NCBI GenBank assembly: GCA_977017575.1
Contig: CDRNVI010000012.1
Span: 1,116,001 to 1,180,000, forward strand
DNA from: Paramoeba atlantica
Taxonomy: Eukaryota > Protista > Discosea
Reading direction: 5' to 3'
Length of the DNA: 64,000 bases
The notes under the pieces were generated by a model. That model was not told the DNA's origin, made no database searches, and was given only the letters and a program-made list of their open reading frames with translations. Position 1 is the first letter of the stretch, and the number at the start of each line of letters is the position of its first letter. The position numbers and the translations under genes are program-made. Positions 23,320-34,592 of this stretch are shown one piece after another.

Positions 23320-24534
23320 ATGCATTCCGGGTCTCTTGTCTTACATTTTCACGCAACCAGCATTGCACGTGGAGAGCAAACGAAGGTCTTTTCCCAGCCC
23401 TATTGTGCCGTGAGTGCCGCCACGGGGAGAAACTACTCGCTTGCCATTTCCCAAGCGCTTACCCGGCGTGGTTTTCTATCTCCTCTGTGGATCACGGAGT
23501 CTCAGCTTGTACTCGCTAATGTCGCTGTTAAACGTGCACATCGACATAGGGGCTACCGCGCCTACTTGCCAACTCCGGGCACTAATGAGTTCTCGCACGT
23601 GATGTTGTACAATGCAGAGCAGACGACCAACTCCTCTCGGGTGGAATCGTTGAAAGGAAGGTTGGTGCCTGTGTTTGCTCTGACTGGTCAAGAAGTGGCA
23701 GACCGGGCGGTGTCTATTGCGTTGGCCGCCCAAGCCCAGGCTCACCCTAGCAACGCGTGGCTCACAGCGAGGCAAGTAGAGTTTCTTCAACTTCCTTTAC
23801 TTGAGGGGGCGCTCCCGGCGAGGGTTTACATGGCCAAACTTCTGGACGAGGGGGCGCAGAGTTTTCCCTGTTCTTCTGATTCTAACGTAGAGAGCACAAA
23901 ACCAAAGGAGGAGTGCTATTACAACATCAATCAGCTACGTAATCCTGAGGAAGTGGCTCAACTACGCAAGCTGGCTCCAATCTCCTCTAGTTCCGGAAAA
24001 AAATATAAAGAGGAAGTGGCACTTTCACTCATGCGTGCAACACGAGCCAAAGGATTTTCTTCTCCATTCTGGATTACCGCCGGAGCTGTCACCTCACTAG
24101 GGTTACGGCTTATCGATCCCGACGGCGGCACTACAGTACACTTTTTTCATAGGTCCATGTTACTTTTTAATGCGTGTCAAACAGACCAACCGCAGAGGGT
24201 GGCAGCAGAGGCATTTAAGGCGCAATTTACCCCCAGATCTGCGATCTCCGGTAGCTGTTACCCTGAGCAACCCGCAGATATACTTTCCCGTGCCGCGCAT
24301 CGCATGAAGCATAAAAGTCTCTACTGGCTGACCCAAAAACAGGCGGCATTTCTCGGAGTTGAAATCCTGCCAGGTCAAAGTCCCGTGTTCGTATCAATGG
24401 GCGGAGCAAAGATTCGAATGTTTAACGCGGACCAGACCAACAATCGATCTCGAATTGAAGAACGATTCAGGAAAAAAGGTACCCATGAAAAAGAACGTAG
24501 TAGCCTCGACACATCTTCCTCTTTCACACACTAA
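23320..24534 (+). CDS. Tc38/p38-like protein, 4 repeats
   Basis: SAATGRNY..SPLWITESQ..LYNAEQT through SAISGSCY..SLYWLTQKQA..MFNADQT. Confidence 0.88.
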   Translation: MHSGSLVLHFHATSIARGEQTKVFSQPYCAVSAATGRNYSLAISQALTRRGFLSPLWITESQLVLANVAVKRAHRHRGYRAYLPTPGTNEFSHVMLYNAEQTTNSSRVESLKGRLVPVFALTGQEVADRAVSIALAAQAQAHPSNAWLTARQVEFLQLPLLEGALPARVYMAKLLDEGAQSFPCSSDSNVESTKPKEECYYNINQLRNPEEVAQLRKLAPISSSSGKKYKEEVALSLMRATRAKGFSSPFWITAGAVTSLGLRLIDPDGGTTVHFFHRSMLLFNACQTDQPQRVAAEAFKAQFTPRSAISGSCYPEQPADILSRAAHRMKHKSLYWLTQKQAAFLGVEILPGQSPVFVSMGGAKIRMFNADQTNNRSRIEERFRKKGTHEKERSSLDTSSSFTH

Positions 24535-24735
24535 TTCTGATGAAAGGGGACTTTTTTTCCCCGAAAACTTCTTTGACCTCCTCTCATTTTCTTTTCACTA
24601 GGGCTATTTTTCCATTGTATTTTCCTCTTTCACAAAAAAAATCGTTGTTATCATGACACACTCCCGTTTTATCTACACGCTATTCCCTCCCTCTCTTTCT
24701 CTCTCCCTCCTCCTCTCTCTCCCCCTCCACCCCCC

Positions 24736-25860
24736 ATGCAGCCCACCACCCCCTTCGCCCCCTCCGTCCCCGGCTCCCCCACCTTCCTCCCCCCCGAGTA
24801 CAACCTCTCCAGCCCCGACCTCACCCTCGCCCCCCCGCCCCACGCCCCCGCCCTGGAGCTCGAGGGCCCCGCCCAGCTGCTGTACAAACTCGAGGAGGAG
24901 ACCCGAGCCCACAGCGAGCGCGCCCTCGGCCTCCTCGAGGCGCTCCGCGCGACCGTCCAGGCCTACCGCGGGCTCAGCGAGCAGCTCAGCGCGGAGCGCG
25001 CGGAGGCGTACAAATGCCTCCGCCGGGTCGACCGGATTGTCTCGCGGTACGGCTCCGTGGAGGACCCGATCGTCGCCAGTGATGGGTTTACCTATGAGCG
25101 AGGGGTGCTGGAGAGGTATTTGGAGGATTGCGAGCGCGCGTCCCAGACCCCGGTGAGTCAGCAAACGAAGGAGCCGTTGGAACGGACGTTGTACCCGAAT
25201 GCGAGTTTGAAAAAGTTGGTGGATTTGTTGAAAGGGTTGCAGCTGGCGTCGGTGTATAATGCGGGGAGTCCCACGACGGGGGCGGGGAGTCGTGGGCCGG
25301 AGTTTAATGGGAGTGATAGTTTGACGGAGCTGTCGTCCTCGCATGACCATAGTCCGGTAAGTGGGTTGGAGGGTCAACGAGTGGTGAGTACCCCGCACGG
25401 GGGAATATCGCAGATGGCTTCTACAATCTTATCTACACCAACTCCAAATAACGCAGCTGGACACCGGCGAAACCACGGAGTCAGTGGGGGCAGCACTCAA
25501 GGACCGCTCTTGGCGAATGTTACCCCAGGAAACAAACCTTGGGCTCGCCAACGGGGACAGAATCGTGACTCACATTTACAGAAAAGTCCCTCGGACTACG
25601 CTCTGCCGGGGAATTTGGTTATGGGACATTCGAGTACTGGAACTAGCAGGCAAGGGGTTATGGATCACCCCGAAGGCGGCACCCCCCCTCACACTCACCC
25701 TTGTCTACGAATTTACGGCCGGTGTAATTACGGGGAGCGTTGTGTGTATGCCCCTTATCCATATGAGGTGTGTTTAAGCAACTTAAAGGGGAAGTGTCGC
25801 CTCGGTGCACGATGTCCCGAACCTCATCAAGAGATGAAAGTTGGAACCCCAAGTGACTGA
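24736..25860 (+). CDS. U-box domain protein with C-terminal CCCH-like zinc fingers
   Basis: DPIVASDGFTYERGVLERYL..PVSQQTKEPL..LYPNASLKKLV (U-box); CLSNLKGKCRLGARCPEPH (C-x7-C-x5-C-x3-H) preceded by a degenerate finger. Confidence 0.85.
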   Translation: MQPTTPFAPSVPGSPTFLPPEYNLSSPDLTLAPPPHAPALELEGPAQLLYKLEEETRAHSERALGLLEALRATVQAYRGLSEQLSAERAEAYKCLRRVDRIVSRYGSVEDPIVASDGFTYERGVLERYLEDCERASQTPVSQQTKEPLERTLYPNASLKKLVDLLKGLQLASVYNAGSPTTGAGSRGPEFNGSDSLTELSSSHDHSPVSGLEGQRVVSTPHGGISQMASTILSTPTPNNAAGHRRNHGVSGGSTQGPLLANVTPGNKPWARQRGQNRDSHLQKSPSDYALPGNLVMGHSSTGTSRQGVMDHPEGGTPPHTHPCLRIYGRCNYGERCVYAPYPYEVCLSNLKGKCRLGARCPEPHQEMKVGTPSD

Positions 25861-26284
25861 ACGTGGTCACCGGTTGCTTTTAATACTTTCAAATTACCCA
25901 CCAGTTAGTGGTGTAAGATTTGGATCTTTGAAGAAACAGGGCAATATGTGATTTGGTAGGGAGGCTGGAGAAGGCATAGAGGCGTTAGAGATAGTGTACT
26001 GACACAGTACCTAATGAATGAAACTGTTCCTTAGATTGTACATTGCAGTTAAATTAAGCATAGGCATATTTCGTTGTCTTATAGTATACATCATGTATGA
26101 TAGAGGAAGTCGAAGAAGTACATACACTGGATTTCGCTCTATCTCAATTCTGTAATTGCAAACAATTGGTAATCTTAAATTCGGTAGGTCATTTTCTGTC
26201 CTTAATTTTTATAGCAATACTATCTTAAGACATCGTAACCTATTTTCTCTTAGAGTTTCATCCTTCGGGGTACATTTTAAAACT

Positions 26285-28024
26285 ATGAACTCTCGATTAT
26301 CGTCTTCATTAGACGCCATTGAAAAGGTATTCGCCCCTTCTCATCTAAAGTCATTACGAAACCAGCGACGCCAAAATAAATCCACGAACCATATCGAATC
26401 CGGATTCCCTAAACTCACCAATCTATCAATTGCTTGGAGCTTGAATGCAAATTGCCAGAAACATAGAACACCTTGCATACACTCCGTCACGAGTGACTTT
26501 TTTCGACATAAACAAGTCTCAAAAAGATATTACAGCACTCACACCCCTAACACATCCATTGAGGAGGTAGTTCCCCTCTCTTCATCTCTCTCTCCCCTTA
26601 CGACCCCCCGCACCCCTCCCGATACCCCTTCCACCCCTTCCCATCATGATCCTCCCCCTCCCACCCCACACACACCCCAAAATTCCCCTGAACCCCCTCT
26701 CCCTCCGAACCCCACGAACCCCCACCATACAACCCCCACCACCCCCCTCCCCACCCCCCTTCCCTCCACCCCCTCCCTCTGGCCATCCACCTCTACCGCC
26801 GACCCCACCCACGGCCCCCTCCACTACGTCCACGCCGAACTCGATCTCCTCCGTTCCTACCATCTCCCTGCCCTCGCCTCTCTCCCCTCCCCCTCCCCCT
26901 CCCCCCTCTCCTCCCCCACCCCCCTCCCCTCCCCCCTCCACACCGCCGCCACCCACCTCCTCACCACCCCCGGCAAACTCCTCCGTCCCGGTCTCATCTG
27001 CCTCATGGCCTACGCCCTCCTCCCCCTCCCCCTCTCCACCGCCCTCCACACCCAGGTCCGTACCCACCCCACGCTCTACCGCCAACTCCCCACCCCCACG
27101 CAGCTCACCCGGACTCCCCACCAGACCCCCCCCTCACCTTCCCCCCCCTCCTCATCTCCTCAGGCCACAGCGCACCTGCCCTCTGTAGCCTCTGTATCTT
27201 TATCGACTCCTACTACTCCTACGACTACCACTACTCCTCCTCCCATGACCTCCCTTCACCCCATCCTACGCCTCGCTGCCGTCACCGAGCTCATCCACAC
27301 CGCTTCCTTAATCCACGATGACATTCTCGATGGCGCCACGACCCGTCGCGGGCGTCCCTGCTTACATCAGACGGAGCGTGGGGGGACCGCGACCGCCGTG
27401 CTCGCGGGGGACTACCTGTTAGCGAAGGCCTCCGGGGCCCTGGCGGCGCTGCGGGAGCCCGAGGCGGTGGTGTGTATGAGTCGCGCGCTGGAGGACCTCA
27501 CCAAGGGGGAGGTGATGCAACGGGAGGGGGTGGGGGGGGTGCGGGGGTACCTGGAGAAGAGTTACTGTAAGACGGCCTCGTTGCTGGAGAACGCGCTCAG
27601 TGCGGTGGGGGTGGTGTGTGTGGGGGAGGGTGCGCCGGAGAGGAGGTATGCGGCGGATTTTGGGCGACACCTTGGGGTGGCGTTTCAGATTGTGGATGAT
27701 TGTTTGGATTTTACGGGGGATGCGAGGAAGCTGGGGAAGGAGGTGCATGCGGATTTGCAGTCGGGGATCGCGACGCTTCCGGTGCTGTTGGCGGCGGAGA
27801 AGGATGAGGGGGTGCAGGCGCGTGTGCGACGGAAGTTTGAGGTCCCAGGCGATGTGGATTACACACTTGACGTCGTGCAGAAGTTACAGACTGTTCCACA
27901 GGCTCAGCAGTTGGCGTGGCAGGAGTATGAAAAGGCAATGGTCGCGTTGCATCAGTTACATTCTTCTCCGGCTCGGGAGGTGCTGGCGAATGCCGCTTCG
28001 TATGTTCTCTCACGTTCTGAGTAG
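26285..28024 (+). CDS. COQ1: Long-chain trans-polyprenyl (solanesyl/decaprenyl) diphosphate synthase
   Basis: GKLLRP, ELIHTASLIHDDILDGATTRRG (FARM), YCKTASL, FQIVDDCLDF (SARM); long Pro/Thr insertions. Confidence 0.9.
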   Translation: MNSRLSSSLDAIEKVFAPSHLKSLRNQRRQNKSTNHIESGFPKLTNLSIAWSLNANCQKHRTPCIHSVTSDFFRHKQVSKRYYSTHTPNTSIEEVVPLSSSLSPLTTPRTPPDTPSTPSHHDPPPPTPHTPQNSPEPPLPPNPTNPHHTTPTTPLPTPLPSTPSLWPSTSTADPTHGPLHYVHAELDLLRSYHLPALASLPSPSPSPLSSPTPLPSPLHTAATHLLTTPGKLLRPGLICLMAYALLPLPLSTALHTQVRTHPTLYRQLPTPTQLTRTPHQTPPSPSPPSSSPQATAHLPSVASVSLSTPTTPTTTTTPPPMTSLHPILRLAAVTELIHTASLIHDDILDGATTRRGRPCLHQTERGGTATAVLAGDYLLAKASGALAALREPEAVVCMSRALEDLTKGEVMQREGVGGVRGYLEKSYCKTASLLENALSAVGVVCVGEGAPERRYAADFGRHLGVAFQIVDDCLDFTGDARKLGKEVHADLQSGIATLPVLLAAEKDEGVQARVRRKFEVPGDVDYTLDVVQKLQTVPQAQQLAWQEYEKAMVALHQLHSSPAREVLANAASYVLSRSE

Positions 28025-28277
28025 TGGATAAGGAATGTCCGGGGTCACCCCATCGAAGGGTTTGACGTGCATCCGCTGCAATAGCATCTTTTATCTATAC
28101 AAGAGTAACAAGAGTGGTTCGTTAAGTGGCTCGTTAAATTAAGAGACAGATATCAATACCTTTGCATTGATAGGTTTGTATTGGTTTAACTGGAGATTCT
28201 TTCACGTTTAGAATAAAGAAGGTGGTGTTTAAAAGACTCACTTCTCCATATTTTATGAACCTCCTCATACGCTTTAC

Positions 28278-30938
28278 ATGTCAGTCTCTCGACTTTGGTG
28301 GATGGCTCAACAGCATGAGCAAGCTGGAAAATGGATTGCCGCTCTTCAGCTTATCACCGATAATGGTTTATTTCTTCGCAAACTGGCGGACATTCCCTCA
28401 TTAACCCCTGTTCTACGCATTATTATTCGCTGTTGCTACCGCCAAACTATTGAGAAAAACAATCTACGCGCGTTTCAAGCCATTGAAAGCTTGACGCGCA
28501 GTTCCTACGTAGGCGAATATTTTACCCCCTTAGTTTTGGCAGAGGGGTTGGCCTTAGCATACGACGCAGGAAGACAGATAAACCCTTACAACTTGAATTC
28601 GTTAGCGCTGAATGACGACAACTGTACAACAGAGAATTCCGGTGGATTATCCGACTTAACCCCTCATCCGGATATGTCCTTTTCGCCAAACTCATATTAT
28701 TCTATAAAATATGACGAAGGTCCTCGAATGAGGCAAAAGGATTTCTCTCCCAGAGAGCAAGTTTCTTCATTGATGTCAAGGGGTATGTATTGCACGTCAT
28801 TTAGCTCTGGTGCATACTCCATCTTTGAACTTATTTCCCCAGTCGAATATATTGCGGAATGGGTTCGACGAAAAATTATTCGGCATGCTCGGCAGGGTAA
28901 AGCTGAAAATGTTTCTAAAATAGGACAAAGAAACAACTCCACTGACCATTTAACCAATAGTGGTACAACATTTTACCCAGAGATCTTCCAAAAGACGGGC
29001 ATGTGTGCATCGAATAACGATGTGCATCGCGAAACTTCAAGGAAAATAGAGCTTGACGCAGAGGAGTTGGACAGAGTGGATATTTTTGAGCCTGAAACGT
29101 TCTCTTTTCCTTCAACTGTAACACAGGAGTTATCTTCTTACTCTTTATCTCGGGAACGTACTGACTTTCCAAGTGTGCATTTCTGTCCTTTAATTCATGA
29201 ACGTTGCTCGAAGGGGTTCTGGTATGAGTCTCTGCAAGCACTGCAGGACAGCTGTCGTCCAATTGATGGGCATCGTCAGGAAATCGGGGCTGATGTTCTC
29301 TCTTCTGCTTTTAGGGATTCGTTTCCATCTTTTTCTCCCGAAGCCGTTGCATCCCATTTCTCTGCATATCGAATATATCAGCAAGTTCCAACTCTTCATG
29401 AGATTCGCCGAGCGTTTCAGCACACCGTACAGAGTTGGAAGGCTTCGCTACGTGTTTTGGAGGAAAGCCGTGTTCTCTTGAATCGTTGCACTTCTGAATC
29501 TATTGATTCCGTTTTCCCCTCAAATGATATCCAAACAAAATACATCTCTAGCTATGCTCCAAAAAAACTATTTTACCCCGTGATTCAGGAGTATGCATTA
29601 CATTCGATGCGTACCTGCTGGTATGCCTCCTTGAGCTTCTGGAATCAAATTCATGCAAGACTTCCCTCACGTTTTCGTCGTAGGGCTGAGAGCCGAATGC
29701 TCAATATCATGCGACGACATGGACGTTGGCGAGAAGTCTTGCGTTTATGTGGCATAGATTTCTCCTCAAAGCAGCGGATAAAAAAGCGAAACGACAACTC
29801 TGTTGCTACTTCCTTTTCTCAGAACTTTGTTACGACAAACGAAACAGTTGACCCGCTCAGTCCAGTCGAGCTAATGGAGAGCTTGCGCCGGTGCCCGCGC
29901 CTGCTTGCTCCATTGCGACAGGCAATGTGGTGTAGAGGTCTCGCCGCTTCCCACTTTACACGCCAAGTTATCTCCTCACAATCCGCACTACGTCCCGTCG
30001 TACTTCCATGGAAACAGCATAGCAGCAAACCGTCCCTCCAGGACACCTTACACCCGTGCGCTGATTTGCAACACGCACGAGAGATGCTACGACGAATTAC
30101 CTCTCAAGTACTTTGCACGGAAATCGCCTCCGCCATGTCCTATCACACCCAAATGGCTCGTCCTCGGACTGGGCCAGAGTTAGTGGCCCACACACTCTAC
30201 ACGCATGCGTTCCGTGGTCAATGGGAGAAAGCTCTCGCCCTGCACCTCTGTGTGCCTAGCCCGAATAAGCACGAAACGAGCGCCGCACTACTGGCCTGTC
30301 CCCCAGGCATTTTAATACAACTGCTACAACGGGGAGTCCAACAGGAACAGCTCATGCTTCCGTATCGCATGCGTATGCCTTACTACGGTTTGTTGTGTCA
30401 CAGGTTACTCTCGGACACATCGCAGGCATCGTTTTGGTCAACGGCTCTAGCATTGGCAGCGGAGGCCCGAAGTCATAGTACCGTTGCTGTATCAATCAAG
30501 AAGGGGACACAAAACTTGGTTTTTCATGGGGGCATCAGCGGAGAAAAGGATGGCGCTCATTCCTACACCGATGAAATTATACCCCCTCACACTTTTTTAG
30601 ATTTTTGGGCAAGTGCACGTGAGCGGCGATCTACGGGCTACGCAATGCCTATTCGTTTCATTTTACAAAACCTTGGAATGAGGTTGGGATCTCATTGTGG
30701 GACCATGAATTCATTTTCTTTGTGTAGTGTCGAAAATGCTGAAGATGAATTGCCTGATACTTCCTATCAGCATCAAAAAGCAAGCTTGGTAAAACTTGTA
30801 GTAAAGCTTTTGTTGCTCTGTCGGAGCTCTGAGGAGCTTGACTTGGTACATCAACACACTCCATATTTTATCTCACACGAAGTTTCCAAAGAGTTCAAAA
30901 AGTCTTCTGCGCTCATCAATGCATACACACCGTTGTAG
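28278..30938 (+). CDS. Hypothetical protein, 886 aa, probably alpha-helical
   Basis: Long uninterrupted ORF; W-x-x-AL helical motifs; no firm domain call. Confidence 0.75.
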   Translation: MSVSRLWWMAQQHEQAGKWIAALQLITDNGLFLRKLADIPSLTPVLRIIIRCCYRQTIEKNNLRAFQAIESLTRSSYVGEYFTPLVLAEGLALAYDAGRQINPYNLNSLALNDDNCTTENSGGLSDLTPHPDMSFSPNSYYSIKYDEGPRMRQKDFSPREQVSSLMSRGMYCTSFSSGAYSIFELISPVEYIAEWVRRKIIRHARQGKAENVSKIGQRNNSTDHLTNSGTTFYPEIFQKTGMCASNNDVHRETSRKIELDAEELDRVDIFEPETFSFPSTVTQELSSYSLSRERTDFPSVHFCPLIHERCSKGFWYESLQALQDSCRPIDGHRQEIGADVLSSAFRDSFPSFSPEAVASHFSAYRIYQQVPTLHEIRRAFQHTVQSWKASLRVLEESRVLLNRCTSESIDSVFPSNDIQTKYISSYAPKKLFYPVIQEYALHSMRTCWYASLSFWNQIHARLPSRFRRRAESRMLNIMRRHGRWREVLRLCGIDFSSKQRIKKRNDNSVATSFSQNFVTTNETVDPLSPVELMESLRRCPRLLAPLRQAMWCRGLAASHFTRQVISSQSALRPVVLPWKQHSSKPSLQDTLHPCADLQHAREMLRRITSQVLCTEIASAMSYHTQMARPRTGPELVAHTLYTHAFRGQWEKALALHLCVPSPNKHETSAALLACPPGILIQLLQRGVQQEQLMLPYRMRMPYYGLLCHRLLSDTSQASFWSTALALAAEARSHSTVAVSIKKGTQNLVFHGGISGEKDGAHSYTDEIIPPHTFLDFWASARERRSTGYAMPIRFILQNLGMRLGSHCGTMNSFSLCSVENAEDELPDTSYQHQKASLVKLVVKLLLLCRSSEELDLVHQHTPYFISHEVSKEFKKSSALINAYTPL

Positions 30939-32055
30939 AAAATCGAAAACTATAAAGGTTTCGTATACCTAGCAGTCCGCGGGGTACACTCAACACAATT
31001 ATTTGTGTAACAAAAAGCAGGAAAACAAAAATTTGTGAATTTTTTATTGTGCAACATTTTTAAAAATGGAAATTTTATTTTAACTTTCTTGACCAAATTC
31101 TAAAATCGAAACTGTTTTTTAGCCTAAACGAGGGTCCGGTTTAGACTACCTGTGATCTTGTACCATACCGGAGGTGGTGTGGTATTGTGACCCAGGACCA
31201 ATAGCATACCCCCCTGGTTTTTAGCATTTCCCCCTGATTCTCTTTAGCAGTTGTGCTTAAGATATATGGTTGTGCCCTAGAAGTGTTGTGGAATATATGA
31301 GTTCTTTCCTATATATGGTTCTCAGGGTTGTGCCCTATGGTTGTGCCTAAATCCTTTTTTGATTGTGTTTAACTTTCTTTTCAAACGCAATATTTTATTA
31401 GTACTTATCACACGTCCGAATATACACACACATTACATTACTATTCATACCGAATTACCTTCATACCATTACTATTCCAAATCTGTCTTTGAATGGTCTA
31501 GCTTACCAGTGACCGTCCGGAGCAATCCGGAATGATTCGGGTTGGATTGGATTTATCCATACCGCCCACATTTCCTTCAACAAAAAAATTTCTCTACAAA
31601 TATTTGTGCAACAAAAATTTGTGAATTTTCTATTGTGCAACAATTTCAAAAGTTGCACAATCAAAAATTGACAAATTTTGCGAACGCTGTAATCAATACC
31701 CAAGAGTTCTTTTGTTGACCTCCTACAGAAAAATTTTGCTTTTCGAAGCTGACCACTTTAATTCTGACTGCGTCTGAAATATTCGGTAGGCAGAACAGCA
31801 CTGCTAGATCTTGAAATTCTAAATGCAGAGAAAGTAGAACTAATAAGTAGAACATAGAATTAATCAAACTAGCACTAAACTCTATTTGTGCGAGCTAATA
31901 ACTTGTACTGTGGCAACCTTTTTGCTCTTCATTCGTCTTCGTCTTTGTGTTACCTCCTTGCATCTCCTTTACGGAGATAAGTCACTGTCAGCGGTGGATC
32001 ACAATTACTTCTTGAATTCAACAAAAGTTCTTCACAAACTGTAGAAAAAACTCCG

Positions 32056-32289
32056 CATCGGTTCTTACGACCTTTACGAAGTCACGCCGCTTCAGAGATG
32101 AAATATTCCTGAACTTCCATGCGTGATACTTCGCCGGTAACAACCGTAAAAGTAGTGGAAACGGTGTGGTGTGTGTACGTCACGAAAGTAGTACGCTTAG
32201 TCTACTCCCGGTACCACGTATGCACATTCCAAATCCCCTTGAGCCCGCTTGGGCCTTGACGAGGTGAAGAGAAACCATGCATTACACAT
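32056..32289. repeat. ~230-bp dispersed repeat, copy A
   Basis: Highly similar to 51287-51519 and 50825-51000. Confidence 0.9.
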
Positions 32290-32597
32290 ATTTTTTTATA
32301 TCATGATTTTTCAGAGACGCTCTATACGTCCACTGGGTCGTTCTGCGAACTTTTCTAAATCTCTTTCTAAGATGTTTCTACACATTTTTTAGGTATCAAA
32401 CATGTTTTTAGACCAAAATACAAATTTGTAGATAAACAACAAAAACTTAAAACAAAATAGAAATTTGATAAAACCATGCTACTTGATTTGTCATGTCAGA
32501 AGGTCCTTTTTATCTTTACACCTCTGCTTTATTTTTAAATAATTAAAAAGATCTTTACTCTCCCTTGTTTGTCGAATTATTCGGACTTACATTTTTA

Positions 32598-34592
32598 ATG
32601 GGAAACTCGGCGTGTGCCTCTAGAATGGGTATCAACTATCTCCTAGTGTTAATCTTCCAGGGTTGCTTGACTCCAATTTGCTACACTTCTGAAAACAGCG
32701 ATAATGGCTTTGTCAAGAAAGTTGAAATGACAGCGAAAGCTCAAGGGGTGAAATTTGGCTCGGTCAGCTCACGAAGGCCTGCTGGCGCAACTTCTTCTCT
32801 TGACCTCTTACAAGCTGATAGGCAAAATCAGTTGCAGGATCCAGTTGCAGTATCCGCTTCCGCACTTATTTCCATGAGAAGTAACTCCCGCACCGAACTT
32901 CCGCCTCCAACAGTGATGGGAACTCTCATACAGTACATTAAAAACCCTCACGCAAGTTGGCTCAGTGCTCAAAGTCCCTGTCATGCTTACGGAGTTTCTT
33001 GTGACAAGGAGCATAACGTCATAGAGATTTCTTGGTCAAGTCTTAAACTTCACGGTAATCTGACGCTCAGCGCTTTACCGCGTACGCTACACCGTCTGAG
33101 TGTGTCTCAAAACCGTTTACGTGGCTCGTTGCAGCTTTCCACTCTACCTCCGAAATTGCGGTCTTTAGATTTGAGTAATAATATATTTTCTGGAAACGTA
33201 GCAATTGATGACACAGATGAAAACGAAAGTAGCGAGGATAGCCAAGAGACGGGAGACGCTTTAATGTGGCTTCCCCATGGTCTACGTGTTTTAGATTTAA
33301 GCCATAACGAATTCATTGGGCATTTTTCATTCTCCGCGCTTGCATCAGTGGGAATTCTGTTTCTAGATATTAGTCACAACAAGTTTGAGGGGGTTGCGGA
33401 ATTGGCTCAACTCTGGAAGGATATGTATTACCTGCGGATTAGTCATAACTCCTTTTCCTCTTTACGTCTCGGAAACATTCCAGCCAGTTTGCACACATTT
33501 GAAGCCAGTCATAACCGCATTCAAGGAGCAGTTGACTTTGCAGCTCTCAATCCGAACCTCAGCACACTGGATCTATCGTGCAACATGCTCACCGAATCGC
33601 TTGATCTTTCAGCTCTTCCGCGTGGGTTGCGAAACCTTTCTCTCAGCAATAACACATTTGTGGGACCTATACTCTTGCAACATCTTCCCCCACAGCTACG
33701 AATTCTGCAGCTTGACAACAACGCTCTGTGGGGAGCCGTCGATTTCAGTCACTTGCCTTCTACGCTCGATCATTTGGACTTGTCGAACAATAAGTTGGAC
33801 GGAAAGCTTTCGTTGACTTCACTTCCTACGCCATTGCTTCGTCTAGACGTTTCACAAAATGCTTTTTCAGGTGGCATCGACTTACGTGACTTGCCGCCTC
33901 AGCTACGCGAGTTAGATTTGTCCCGCAATCGCCTTGAAGGGTCGTTGGGGAATTCTCTACGCGAACTTCCTGCCACACTCTCTGTGTTAAATCTCTCACA
34001 AAATGCACTTCACGGTGTTCTCGATGTTTGTGCACTTCCCCTTCATCTCCTGGAATTAGATGTCTCGGGGAACAACTTTGATGGCGAGATTTCTCTTGGG
34101 GCTCTGCCCTCAGCGCTGCGTTTGCTTGACATGAGCGGAAATGCCTTCTTCGGCAAGCTTCGTCTGGAGAATCTACCCCCGCACCTGGGGTATTGCTCCT
34201 TTACCTCTAACCATTTTTCCGGTCTTGTCACTCTACAGGGGTTGCCTGCTTCTCTCTTTCACCTTGATCTCAGCCACAACAATTTTGAAGGAAATCTGGA
34301 GGACCTTGCACTCAGCCCCACGCTGGACACTTTGCTACTCGCACACAACGGATTTAATGGAGTGCTAGACTGTCGGATAGTTCCTCCTTCTCTCACAGTA
34401 CTTGACCTCTCGCACAATAGTATCGCGGCTGTCAATCACGAGGATGCGCTCTCGCAGGAGATGGAATTTTTAGATCTCAGTGGGAATCGACTTCAGGGAG
34501 AAGCTGATCTAGATCACTTCCCACCACGATTGTTTTTTGACCTTAGCGAAAATCGAGATCTGCGTTGTGTTTCGGAAGTCACTTCGTATTAG
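32598..34592 (+). CDS. Large LRR protein (about 20 repeats of 23 aa)
   Basis: KNPHASW..PCHAYGVSC cap; regular LPxxLxxLDLSxNxFxGxxDLxx repeats; start uncertain. Confidence 0.92.
   Translation: MGNSACASRMGINYLLVLIFQGCLTPICYTSENSDNGFVKKVEMTAKAQGVKFGSVSSRRPAGATSSLDLLQADRQNQLQDPVAVSASALISMRSNSRTELPPPTVMGTLIQYIKNPHASWLSAQSPCHAYGVSCDKEHNVIEISWSSLKLHGNLTLSALPRTLHRLSVSQNRLRGSLQLSTLPPKLRSLDLSNNIFSGNVAIDDTDENESSEDSQETGDALMWLPHGLRVLDLSHNEFIGHFSFSALASVGILFLDISHNKFEGVAELAQLWKDMYYLRISHNSFSSLRLGNIPASLHTFEASHNRIQGAVDFAALNPNLSTLDLSCNMLTESLDLSALPRGLRNLSLSNNTFVGPILLQHLPPQLRILQLDNNALWGAVDFSHLPSTLDHLDLSNNKLDGKLSLTSLPTPLLRLDVSQNAFSGGIDLRDLPPQLRELDLSRNRLEGSLGNSLRELPATLSVLNLSQNALHGVLDVCALPLHLLELDVSGNNFDGEISLGALPSALRLLDMSGNAFFGKLRLENLPPHLGYCSFTSNHFSGLVTLQGLPASLFHLDLSHNNFEGNLEDLALSPTLDTLLLAHNGFNGVLDCRIVPPSLTVLDLSHNSIAAVNHEDALSQEMEFLDLSGNRLQGEADLDHFPPRLFFDLSENRDLRCVSEVTSY

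Noticed and set aside
32598-34592. Plant LRR receptor kinase or PGIP
   Set aside because: No kinase domain, 23-aa rather than 24-aa repeat, and kinetoplastid gene context.
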